A stretch of 32,226 nucleotides of DNA from positions 1 through 32,226 of the forward strand of contig JAZRPN010000114.1 of the NCBI GenBank assembly GCA_045649225.1, in the 5' to 3' direction. The DNA comes from Clostridia bacterium (GTDB lineage: Bacteria; Bacillota; Clostridia; UMGS1883). Positions 8,482 through 16,787 of this stretch are shown here, one piece after another. The position numbers and the translations under genes are program-made. Every line of letters starts with the position of its first letter. Positions within the stretch are counted from its first letter, which is position 1. The notes under the pieces were generated by a model that saw nothing but the letters and a program-made list of their open reading frames with translations, did no database searches and was not told the DNA's origin.

Positions 8482-8581
8482 GTTTTTTTACTGTATAGAA
8501 AATTGCGTGTTTTATCGCGAGCGGAAATTTCTGATTCTAAACTCAGTTAGAACGCGAAATGGATGAAGCGGCACGCTTCTT

Positions 8582-10240
8582 TTATTTCTTCTTGATTTCT
8601 CCACGAAGAATTTTTCTAGATGCATTCTTCTTGAATTCTTCGTCACGAAGAACAATCTTGCTTATCTGCTTATATGAGGGAAGCTCCTTTAAAACTTCGC
8701 ATATATCCTGGTTTACGTCGCTTTCGCCCATAAGCTCTTTATCGGGATAAATTTCAGCACAAAGAGCAGGCTGACCGTTATTGTCTATCTCGTAAACAAC
8801 AACTTCTTTTACATAAAGGATTTTTTCTATATAAGCTTCAATTTCCTCGGGGAAGATGTTCTTACCGTTTGAAAGAACGATAATGTTTTTCTTTCTTCCG
8901 GTAATCAAAAGCTGACCTTTTTCGTTAAGATAACCAAAGTCGCCCGTATATAACCAACCATCTACGATTGCCTCTGCAGTAGCTTCGGGTTTCTTGTAGT
9001 AGCCGAGCATAACGGTGTCGCCCTTAACGCAGATTTCGCCAATGCCATTTTCGTCCTTATCCCTGATTTCAACTTCAAGGCAGGGAAGAGTGTAGCCTAC
9101 TGTGCGATAGTCATTGTCAAAGTCATTGTTAACGCTAACGAGCGGTGAACATTCTGTGATGCCGTAGCCGTTTAACATAAGAATACCAATTGAATCGAAG
9201 AAATACGACATTTCGTCAGAAATCGGTGCGCCACCGCAAACAATTCTGTCAAGCCTTCCGCCGAGAGCGTTGTGGATGGAAGCAAACGCCTTTCTTCTTA
9301 TATCGATACCGATTTTTCTAAGACCGTTTGATACCTTTATGAGAAACATAAGAGCTTTAAGCTTGCCCTGTTTCTGCGCGTTACGGAGAATGTTTGAATG
9401 AAGTGCAGATGCAACTGCAGGCACAACATACATATATGTAGGTCTGTATTTAACAAGATTTTTTGCCACGTTTTTAAGGCTGTCGTTGATGCACACAGTA
9501 GTATGCTTGTGGATAGCAACCAGAATTCCGCAAACAGCTTCATATGCGTGGTGATAGGGAAGAAGTGAAAGTCCCATTTCGCTTATTGTAGAAACCCTGA
9601 GTCCGTGGTAAATGATAGAAACAAGGTTCTTTTCAGAAAGCATAACACCCTTTGCAAGACCTGTTGTGCCTGAGGTGTAAACAAGCATTTTGAGTTCTTC
9701 ATAGACGTTTTCCATATCAGAGAATGCTTTGTTGCCTTCTTTGTAAAGTGCACGTCCCTTTTCTCTTAAAAGGTTAAATGAAAGGAAGTTGCCTTCGTCT
9801 TCTTCTCTGTCAAGACCGATAAAGTACTTAATATTTGAAAGAGCGTCAAGATTTTCCTTAATCATTTCCTCTGCTTTCTTTCCGTAGAATAAAACTTCTG
9901 TATCACTATCTGAAACAACGTACAAAAAGTCTTTTGCGGGAAGCTCCTTATCAATGCCTACGAACACGCAGTCAGAACGAAGTACACTAAGGTACACGTT
10001 TATCCACTTATAACTGTTGTCGGCAAAGCAGGCAATATGCTTTTTTGAAATGCCAAGGTCAGCAAGGGCAGTTCCAAGAGCAAACACATCTTCGTAAAAT
10101 TCGTTGTAAGTAACTCTTTTTTCTTCCTTGTTCTCTTTGTGAATATAGGCGGTATGCTCGCCTGCCTCGTTTTTAGCAAGCTCCAGTAATTCGCGAATTG
10201 ATGAAAGAGGTGTAACCTCTTTTAAATAACTTTTCTTCAT
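8582..10240 (-). CDS. AMP-dependent acyl-CoA synthetase (long-chain-fatty-acid-CoA ligase-like)
   Basis: 552 aa with the AMP-binding signature LVYTSGTTGLAKGVMLS, plus GYGITE and a late YTGDFGYLNEKGQLLITGRKKN motif. Confidence 0.85.
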   Translation of the reverse strand: MKKSYLKEVTPLSSIRELLELAKNEAGEHTAYIHKENKEEKRVTYNEFYEDVFALGTALADLGISKKHIACFADNSYKWINVYLSVLRSDCVFVGIDKELPAKDFLYVVSDSDTEVLFYGKKAEEMIKENLDALSNIKYFIGLDREEDEGNFLSFNLLREKGRALYKEGNKAFSDMENVYEELKMLVYTSGTTGLAKGVMLSEKNLVSIIYHGLRVSTISEMGLSLLPYHHAYEAVCGILVAIHKHTTVCINDSLKNVAKNLVKYRPTYMYVVPAVASALHSNILRNAQKQGKLKALMFLIKVSNGLRKIGIDIRRKAFASIHNALGGRLDRIVCGGAPISDEMSYFFDSIGILMLNGYGITECSPLVSVNNDFDNDYRTVGYTLPCLEVEIRDKDENGIGEICVKGDTVMLGYYKKPEATAEAIVDGWLYTGDFGYLNEKGQLLITGRKKNIIVLSNGKNIFPEEIEAYIEKILYVKEVVVYEIDNNGQPALCAEIYPDKELMGESDVNQDICEVLKELPSYKQISKIVLRDEEFKKNASRKILRGEIKKK

Positions 10241-10257
10241 AATATTCTCTCCTAAAT

Positions 10258-10716
10258 TTAATTTTTATCTGTCAGAAGCTTGTTTACCTCTGCAATAAAT
10301 GTACTGACGTCTTTAAACTGACGGTATACCGATGCAAAACGAACATATGCGACCTCATCGATATCTTTAAGCCCCTCCATAACCTTTTCGCCGATTTCCT
10401 TTGTCGAAATCTCACGCTTTAAGGTGTTTTGGAGGTCAGACTCTATCTTATCAACCAAAAGGTCAAGCTGATGAGCCTCGACAGGGCGCTTCTCGCAAGC
10501 TCTGGTAAGACCTGCAAGGAGCTTCTCACGGTTAAAGAGCTCTCGTGTCTTATCCTTTTTAATAACGATTATCGGCAAACTTTCCACCTTTTCATAAGTG
10601 GTAAACCTCTTTGTGCATTCAATGCACTCGCGCCTGCGCCTGATGGCTACGCCTTCTTCAGTGGGGCGAGAATCGATAACCTTACTGTCATCAAAACCGC
10701 AATATGGACAACGCAT
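10258..10716 (-). CDS. nrdR: Transcriptional repressor NrdR
   Basis: [42 protein letters not shown] is a Zn-ribbon, followed by an ATP-cone. 152 aa. Confidence 0.92.
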   Translation of the reverse strand: MRCPYCGFDDSKVIDSRPTEEGVAIRRRRECIECTKRFTTYEKVESLPIIVIKKDKTRELFNREKLLAGLTRACEKRPVEAHQLDLLVDKIESDLQNTLKREISTKEIGEKVMEGLKDIDEVAYVRFASVYRQFKDVSTFIAEVNKLLTDKN

Positions 10717-10732
10717 ACAAACGCCTCCTTAA

Positions 10733-11173
10733 TTATAAATTTTCTATATCAGAAATTTTATTTATTCTTTTCAAGTGCCTGTCGCCCGCAAACTCAGCCG
10801 ACATATATGCATCTACAATTTCTTTTGCGTACTCGGGCGAGGTAAATCTACCGCCGAGCGAAATTATATTTGCATTGTTATGCTCTTTTGTAAGTGCCGC
10901 AATTTCAGGCGAGGGACAAAGTGCACAACGGATGCCTTTAACCTTGTTTGCCGCAATTGATATACCAACACCCGTTCCGCAAACCAGAATGCCAAAGTCC
11001 ACGTTTTTCCCGACAACCTCTTTGGCGCAAAGGAGCGCATAGTCGGGATAATCAACGCTTTCAGGCGAGTTTGTTCCGAAATCAATTATATCGTTGCCTT
11101 TTTCGGTAAGGTAATCCTTAAGTATGTTTTTAAGTTCGTATCCGCCGTGGTCGGCTGCCATTGCAATTTTCAT
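10733..11173 (-). CDS. rpiB: Ribose-5-phosphate isomerase B
   Basis: MKIAMAADHGGYELK...LVCGTGVGISIAANKVKGIRCA is typical of the RpiB/LacAB family. 146 aa. Confidence 0.9.
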   Translation of the reverse strand: MKIAMAADHGGYELKNILKDYLTEKGNDIIDFGTNSPESVDYPDYALLCAKEVVGKNVDFGILVCGTGVGISIAANKVKGIRCALCPSPEIAALTKEHNNANIISLGGRFTSPEYAKEIVDAYMSAEFAGDRHLKRINKISDIENL

Positions 11174-11853
11174 AGTTTTGACTTCTCCTCTAATTCTCTT
11201 TCAGCTTGTGGCTTGCGAAGATAGATAACGCTAAGGTCATTTACATCGCACGGCTCTTTCAATGATGCCGCGAAACATACCGATGCCGCACTCTGCAGGC
11301 AGTGCTGCGGAAGTGAAAAAACTGCGTTTTCACCCATAAGCTTCTTTAAAGTGTCTTTATATACCTTTACGCCGTCGCCGACGAAAATTGTTTTCTCGGG
11401 TAGCGATTGTGCAAGCTCCTCAATGGATAATGCACGGGGAGGTTCGATGCACTCAATCTTTCCGTCGTGGAATTTGTACAGCGCATTGTAAACCTGATTT
11501 CTGCGTGCATCCATAATCGGTGCAACAAGTAAGCCTGATGACGCAACATTATACGCAAGTGCCTCGAGTGTGGAAACACCGACAACCTCTTTGCCGCAAC
11601 CATATGCAAGCCCCTTTATTGTGCCGATGCCTATCCTGAGCCCCGTAAATGAACCGGGTCCGTTAGAGCAGGCGAAAAGGTCAATGTCATCACAGGTAAG
11701 TGAAAGCGATTTCAAAAGCTCATCAACCATCGGCATAATGGTTTGTGAATGTGTAAGTCCGGTAGTAAAGCTTATTTCGCCTTTAATTGTTTCACCATCC
11801 ATAACAGCAACAGATGCAGTCAGTGCGGATGTATCAACGGCAAGTATCTTCAT
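11170..11853 (-). CDS. tsaB: tRNA t6A37 biosynthesis protein TsaB
   Basis: MKILAVDTSALTASVAVMDG...GPGSFTGLRIGIGTIKGLA. The start is at ATG 11853, one nt after the tsaE stop. It overlaps rpiB by 4 nt (ATGA). Confidence 0.85.
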   Translation of the reverse strand: MKILAVDTSALTASVAVMDGETIKGEISFTTGLTHSQTIMPMVDELLKSLSLTCDDIDLFACSNGPGSFTGLRIGIGTIKGLAYGCGKEVVGVSTLEALAYNVASSGLLVAPIMDARRNQVYNALYKFHDGKIECIEPPRALSIEELAQSLPEKTIFVGDGVKVYKDTLKKLMGENAVFSLPQHCLQSAASVCFAASLKEPCDVNDLSVIYLRKPQAERELEEKSKL

Positions 11854-11854
11854 A

Positions 11855-12274
11855 TTATATATTCCCCTCAACCTTGATAAGTCGTTCGTCAGAGTCATTC
11901 CCGGTGCGTGATATAGTTATAACAGTTTTTTCTTCGGGCAAATACGCCATAAAGGAATCGGGCCACTCTATTATTGAAATCCCTTGTTCAATCTGCTCTT
12001 CAAAGCCGATATCGCAAAGCTCGTCATAATCGGAAAGCCTGTACAGGTCGTAGTGATTTATAATCACACTTCCCAGATACTGCTGCATAATCGTAAATGT
12101 AGGGGAGCTGACTCCCTTTTCAACGCCGAAAAAGCGTGCAAACCCACGAGTAAACGCAGTTTTGCCTGCGCCAAGGTCGCCTGTAAGGCAAATTATATGT
12201 GGTGCGCTTACCTTTTTTGCAAGTTCATATGCAAATCTTTCGGTTTCTGCTACGCTGTGCGATAAGAATTCCAA
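11855..12274 (-). CDS. tsaE: tRNA t6A37 biosynthesis ATPase TsaE
   Basis: The Walker A motif LTGDLGAGKTAFTRGF plus SPTFTIMQQY are TsaE/YjeE hallmarks. The TTG start is preceded by GAGGG at 7 nt. Confidence 0.85.
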   Translation of the reverse strand: MEFLSHSVAETERFAYELAKKVSAPHIICLTGDLGAGKTAFTRGFARFFGVEKGVSSPTFTIMQQYLGSVIINHYDLYRLSDYDELCDIGFEEQIEQGISIIEWPDSFMAYLPEEKTVITISRTGNDSDERLIKVEGNI

Positions 12275-12311
12275 GAAATTGCCCTCTCTTCATAAAAATA
12301 ATAATAAACAA

Positions 12312-12340
12312 ATTATACCATATAAATAAGAAAAATGCAA
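12312..12340 (-). promoter_or_regulatory. SigmaA-type promoter of the tsaE-tsaB-rpiB(-nrdR) unit
   Basis: Minus strand: TTGCAT (12340-12335), 17 bp spacer, TATAAT (12317-12312), with TGG immediately upstream (extended -10). Confidence 0.55.
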
Positions 12341-12416
12341 CCAAAAATAAAAAAGACCCACAAACTTTCATAAAAAATCAAAAATAAACCAAAAAGCAAA
12401 TAAAAAAACAAAAAAA

Positions 12417-12480
12417 TGTGATTATTTGTGTGATTTTTTGTGATTTTCTATTGACATTTTATGTGGTTTTGTTGTATTAT
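12417..12480 (+). promoter_or_regulatory. GRM promoter P1 with TGTGAT/TGTGGT repeats
   Basis: TTGACA (12451-12456), 18 bp spacer, TATTAT (12475-12480). TGTGAT occurs at 12417, 12429 and 12439, each followed by a T-tract. TGTGGT (12462-12467) lies in the spacer. The block CTATTGAC-N-ATGTGGTTT is shared with P2. Confidence 0.55.
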
Positions 12481-12518
12481 ATATACATAAGATTAGATTC
12501 TGGAGTGGAGGGTTCGCT

Positions 12519-15041
12519 ATGAATTTTGAATCACTTGAAAAAATAAAGGTAACCGCGCGTGTGCAGAATATAAAGGACAGGCTCCTTGCGGATATGCCCA
12601 AAATAGAAGGGGACAGAGCACGTCTTCTTACTGAAAGCTATATGCAGACAGAGCATCTGCCTGTGGTTAAAAGAAGAAGTGCAGCATTTGCCCATATATT
12701 AAGGAACATTCCCATCTACATACGTGAGGATGAGCTTGTTGTCGGCAGTGCTACAAAGGATCCCAGAGGATGTCAGACATACCCCGAGTATTCGTTTGAA
12801 TGGCTCGAAAAAGAGTTTGATACACTCACAACCCGTAGTGCCGACCCTTTCCGTATTGATGAAGAAACAAAGTCGATGCTTCGTGAGGCGCACAAGTACT
12901 GGAGAGGTAAAACAAACAGCGATCTTGCTACAAGCTATATGGCACCTGAGGCCCTTAAGGCTATAGAACATAACGTTTTCACTGTTGGTAACTACTTCTA
13001 CAACGGTGTAGGCCATCTCTCAGTTAAGTACGAGAAGGTGCTTGAAATAGGCTATAGCGGAATTATAGAAGAAGCTAAGGCTGAGCTTGAAAAGCTTGAT
13101 ATAAGCTGCAGTCAGTATGCCGCAAAGCATAGCTTCCTCGAAGCTGTTATCGAAAGCTGCCAGGCAGTAATAGATTATGCAGAGCGCTACGCTGTTCTTG
13201 CAGAAGAAGAGGCTGAAAAAGCCGATGAAACACGCCGTGATGAGCTTTTGCAGATAGCTGCAAACTGCCGCCGTGTTCCTAAATACGGTGCAACAAGCTT
13301 TTACGAGGCTTGCCAGTCTTTCTGGTTTGTTCAGATGCTTATTCAGATTGAGGGAAGTGGCCATTCGGTTTCTCCCGGTCGATTTGATATGTATATGTAT
13401 CCTTATTTTAAAAAGGATTTCGAAAGTGGAAAAATTACACTTGGTTTTGCTCAGGAGCTTATCGACTGCGTGTGGATAAAGCTTAACGATATGAGCAAGG
13501 TTCGTGATGCTGACTCAGCGGCAGGCTTTGCCGGCTACGGTCTTTTCCAGAACCTTATTGTAGGTGGACAGACCCGTGATGGTAAGGATGCGACAAACGA
13601 GCTTTCGTTCCTTTGTCTTAACGCAACATACCATGTGCTTCTTCCTCAACCGTCAATCTCTATGAGAGTCTGGAATGGCTCTCCGATAGAGCTTCTTATT
13701 ATGGCGGCGCATGTAACAAGAACGGGTGTTGGTCTTCCGGCTTATTACAATGACGAGGTTATAATCCCCGCAATGCTTTCCCGTGGCGTTTCTATCGAAG
13801 ATGCCCGTAACTACTGCATTATCGGTTGCGTTGAGCCTCAGTCTCCCGGTAAAACAGACGGATGGCACGATGCGGCATTCTTTAATATGCTTAAGCCTCT
13901 CGAGCTTGTGTTTGACAACGGTAAGCTCGACGGAGTTCAGGTTTCAATCAAAACAGGTGAACTTGACTCGCTTGATACTTACGAAAAATTCTTCAATGCT
14001 TATAAAGAACAGACAGAATATTGCATAAAGCTTCTTGTTAACGCTGATAACGCTATTGACAAGGCACATGCAAGACGCACACCGCTTCCGTTCCTTTCAT
14101 CCATGGTGGATAACTGTATCGGCAAGGGTAAGTCTGTTCAGGAGGGCGGCGCAGTTTACAACTTCTCAGGTCCTCAGGGCTTTGGTGTTGCAAATATGGC
14201 AGATGCACTCTATGCAATGAAAACCCTTGTTTACGACCAGAAAAAGTACACTCTCAAGCAGATTAAAGCGGCTCTCGATGCTGACTTCAACGGCGAAAAA
14301 TCAGGCGTAAATACTGAAGAGGTTACAGTTAAGATTGCTCAGGAGCTTCAAAGCATAAATGTGGACGTGAACGAAGAAGTAATAAAGGAAATTTATAAGA
14401 GCGTTCAGGAACAGAATGCAAGTAGCGGAAATCCCATCTATGCACAGATTCTTGAAGATATCGAGGCTCTTCCCAAATTTGGTAACGATAACGATGAAAT
14501 AGATGCTTACGCACGTGAGGCGGCTTATGTATTTACCCGTCCGATGCAGCAGTACAGAAACCCCCGTGGCGGTCAGTTCCAGGCAGGTCTTTATCCTGTT
14601 TCTGCAAACGTTCCGCTTGGTGCTCAGACTGGTGCAACACCTGACGGCAGACGTGCATTTACTCCTATCGCAGACGGCGTTTCTCCGTGTGCAGGACGTG
14701 ATGTCAAGGGTCCGACAGCTTCAGCAAACTCTGTTGCAAAAATTGACCACGGTATTGCTTCCAATGGTACGCTCTACAATATGAAGTTCCACCCATCGGC
14801 TCTTAAGGGCGAAGAGGGTCTTATGAACTTCGTTAACCTGATAAGAGGTTACTTTGACCGCAAGGGCATGCATGTTCAGTTTAACGTTGTAAGCCGTGAA
14901 ACGCTTCGTGATGCGCAGGCTCATCCCGAAAACTACAAAAACCTTGTAGTGCGTGTTGCAGGATACAGTGCGCTCTTCACAACGCTTTCCCGTTCACTTC
15001 AGGATGATATTATCAACAGAACAGAGCAGGCAGGCTTCTGA
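12519..15041 (+). CDS. Glycyl radical enzyme, B12-independent diol (1,2-propanediol/glycerol) dehydratase-like
   Basis: 840 aa. It has the C-terminal glycyl-radical motif VVRVAGYSALFTTLSRSLQDDIINRTEQ and the catalytic loop IIGCVEPQSPGK (thiyl Cys plus Glu of GRE dehydratases). The genomic context is a BMC locus. Confidence 0.88.
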   Translation: MNFESLEKIKVTARVQNIKDRLLADMPKIEGDRARLLTESYMQTEHLPVVKRRSAAFAHILRNIPIYIREDELVVGSATKDPRGCQTYPEYSFEWLEKEFDTLTTRSADPFRIDEETKSMLREAHKYWRGKTNSDLATSYMAPEALKAIEHNVFTVGNYFYNGVGHLSVKYEKVLEIGYSGIIEEAKAELEKLDISCSQYAAKHSFLEAVIESCQAVIDYAERYAVLAEEEAEKADETRRDELLQIAANCRRVPKYGATSFYEACQSFWFVQMLIQIEGSGHSVSPGRFDMYMYPYFKKDFESGKITLGFAQELIDCVWIKLNDMSKVRDADSAAGFAGYGLFQNLIVGGQTRDGKDATNELSFLCLNATYHVLLPQPSISMRVWNGSPIELLIMAAHVTRTGVGLPAYYNDEVIIPAMLSRGVSIEDARNYCIIGCVEPQSPGKTDGWHDAAFFNMLKPLELVFDNGKLDGVQVSIKTGELDSLDTYEKFFNAYKEQTEYCIKLLVNADNAIDKAHARRTPLPFLSSMVDNCIGKGKSVQEGGAVYNFSGPQGFGVANMADALYAMKTLVYDQKKYTLKQIKAALDADFNGEKSGVNTEEVTVKIAQELQSINVDVNEEVIKEIYKSVQEQNASSGNPIYAQILEDIEALPKFGNDNDEIDAYAREAAYVFTRPMQQYRNPRGGQFQAGLYPVSANVPLGAQTGATPDGRRAFTPIADGVSPCAGRDVKGPTASANSVAKIDHGIASNGTLYNMKFHPSALKGEEGLMNFVNLIRGYFDRKGMHVQFNVVSRETLRDAQAHPENYKNLVVRVAGYSALFTTLSRSLQDDIINRTEQAGF

Positions 15042-15057
15042 TTTGGAGGAAATTAAA

Positions 15058-15846
15058 TTGGATATTTCAAAAACAACAGGCCGAATTTTTGACATACAGA
15101 AATATTCAGTGCATGACGGCCCCGGTATAAGAACAATCGTTTTTCTTAAGGGTTGCGCGCTTCGTTGCAGATGGTGCTGCAATCCCGAATCTCAGGAATT
15201 TCAGATTCAGAATATGAAGACTGAAAACGGGACTAAGCTCGTAGGTAAGGACGTTACGGCATACGAGGTTATAGAGGAAGTAAAAAAGGATTTAAACTAC
15301 TACCTTCGCAGCGGTGGTGGGATGACTCTCTCAGGCGGAGAGATGCTTCTTCAGCCCGATTTTGCACTGGCACTTCTGATGGCTGCAAAAAAAAGCGGCA
15401 TAAATACAGCGGTTGAATCAACAGGTTTTGCGCCATTTGAAACAATCGCAAAGCTTCTTCCTTATATTGATACGTTTTTGCTTGATATAAAGCATATCAA
15501 TTCGCAAAAGCACAAAGAATATACAAAACAGGAAAACACGCTTATCCTTGAGAATGCGGTAAAAATTGCTCAGCACGCAAAGAAATGCATTGTGCGTGTG
15601 CCGACCATCCCGGGATTCAACGATTCCGAGGAGGAAATATTGGAAATAGCACGCTTTGCACGAGAAAAGATGCGTGTTGAAGAAATCAATCTTTTGCCTT
15701 ACCATAAGTTTGGCCGTGATAAGTACACAAACCTCGGTCGTGAGTATCTTATGGACGACTCTTTGGAAACCCCGTCGGATGAACATATGGAAAAACTCAG
15801 GCAGGTCGCAGAAAGCGTCGGTCTGAAGGCAAAAATAGGCGGCTAA
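15058..15846 (+). CDS. Glycyl-radical enzyme activating enzyme (radical SAM)
   Basis: It has the VHDGPGIRTIVFLKGCALRCRWCCNPES (CxxxCxxC) motif. The TTG start at 15058 is preceded by GGAGGA at 7 nt. The ORF-track start at 14953 would overlap the GRE by 89 nt. The protein is 262 aa with no extra Cys-rich ferredoxin insert. Confidence 0.85.
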   Translation: MDISKTTGRIFDIQKYSVHDGPGIRTIVFLKGCALRCRWCCNPESQEFQIQNMKTENGTKLVGKDVTAYEVIEEVKKDLNYYLRSGGGMTLSGGEMLLQPDFALALLMAAKKSGINTAVESTGFAPFETIAKLLPYIDTFLLDIKHINSQKHKEYTKQENTLILENAVKIAQHAKKCIVRVPTIPGFNDSEEEILEIARFAREKMRVEEINLLPYHKFGRDKYTNLGREYLMDDSLETPSDEHMEKLRQVAESVGLKAKIGG

Positions 15847-15877
15847 ACCGACGGTTTTAGAAAGGAAGGACATTTCG

Positions 15878-16246
15878 ATGAAGGAATTTGAACTTCAGGA
15901 CAAAATGCGAATAATACAGGAAATTGTACCCGGCAAGCAGATAACACTTGCACACGTGATTGCTAACCCAGATGATATTTTATATCGCAAGCTTGGTCTT
16001 GACCCTGCGCTTGACTACAGCAGGGCGGCAATCGGCATTATTACAATGTCGCCGAGCGAAACTGCAATCATTGCGGGAGATATTGCAATAAAATCTTCGG
16101 GTGCACAAATCGGCTTTGTTGACAGATTCAGCGGTACACTTATTGTAACGGGCACAGTGTCAGAGGTTGATACGGCGGTGCGTGCAGTCTGCTCGTATGC
16201 CGAGGAAACACTTGGCTTTACCGTTTGCGGTGTTACAAAAACATGA
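15878..16246 (+). CDS. pduU: Circularly permuted BMC-H shell protein (PduU/EutS type)
   Basis: RIIQEIVPGKQITLAHVIANPDDILYRKLGL...AIGIITMSPSETAIIAGDIAIKSSG matches the PduU/EutS pattern. 122 aa. Confidence 0.85.
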   Translation: MKEFELQDKMRIIQEIVPGKQITLAHVIANPDDILYRKLGLDPALDYSRAAIGIITMSPSETAIIAGDIAIKSSGAQIGFVDRFSGTLIVTGTVSEVDTAVRAVCSYAEETLGFTVCGVTKT

Positions 16247-16671
16247 AAAAGCTGATTTTGATAGGCAGGAGCGAAGCAGGTAAGACGACGCTTACTCAGG
16301 CGCTTCGAGGCGAAGATATTCATTATGAAAAAACGCAGTATGTAACAAACGGGGACTATCTTATAGATACTCCCGGAGAGTATATGGAAAACCCCGAGCT
16401 CGGAAGAGCTTTGGCGCTATACTCCTATGAGGCGGATGTGGTTGGACTCCTTCTTAGTGCAACCGAGCCATTCTCCTTGTATCCGCCGTGCGTTGCGCCG
16501 ATGGCGAACAGGGAAGTGGTTGGGATAGTAACAAAGGCAGACGCCCCCGATGCCCGTGTTGATTTGGCGAAAATGTGGTTAGAGTTGGCAGGATGTGAGA
16601 AAATCTTCGTTACTTCATCATATAACAATGATGGAATTGATGAAATAATCGAATATTTATCAAAAAAATAA
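16243..16671 (+). CDS. pduV: EutP/PduV-family small GTPase
   Basis: MKKLILIGRSEAGKTTLTQAL is a P-loop, and DTPGEY and VTKAD are also present. 142 aa. There is an ATGA overlap with the pduU stop. Confidence 0.8.
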   Translation: MKKLILIGRSEAGKTTLTQALRGEDIHYEKTQYVTNGDYLIDTPGEYMENPELGRALALYSYEADVVGLLLSATEPFSLYPPCVAPMANREVVGIVTKADAPDARVDLAKMWLELAGCEKIFVTSSYNNDGIDEIIEYLSKK

Positions 16672-16732
16672 CACAAAAAACCACAAAAAACCACAAAAAT
16701 CTATTGACTTATATGTGGTTTAGTGTTAAAAT
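16671..16732 (+). promoter_or_regulatory. Internal GRM promoter P2 with three exact-phase 10-bp repeats
   Basis: ACACAAAAAA / CCACAAAAAA / CCACAAAAAT (16671-16700) lie directly upstream of TTGACT (16704-16709). After a 17 bp spacer containing TGTGGT (16714-16719) comes TGT-TAAAAT (16724-16732). Confidence 0.55.
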
Positions 16733-16787
16733 ATAGTTGTATAAGGATGAAATTAATTTTATTTCTCTAAAGAAAGGAATTTTTAAT

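Noticed and set aside
12275-12518. Riboswitch (e.g. cobalamin) or long leader upstream of the dehydratase
   Set aside because: The dehydratase is the B12-independent glycyl-radical type. The predicted leader is only about 35 nt, and the region is A/T-tract DNA without conserved riboswitch cores.
14953-15057. ORF-track start of the activase overlapping the GRE by 89 nt
   Set aside because: The extension (MLQDTVRSSQRFPVHF...) is an alternative-frame read of the conserved GRE C-terminus. TTG 15058 with GGAGGA at optimal spacing gives a canonical activase N-terminus.
16671-16700. Possible CRISPR or minisatellite from the 10-bp tandem repeats
   Set aside because: There are only three 10-bp units with no spacers, directly abutting a -35 element. 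This is interpreted as operator/curved-DNA repeats, not a CRISPR array.
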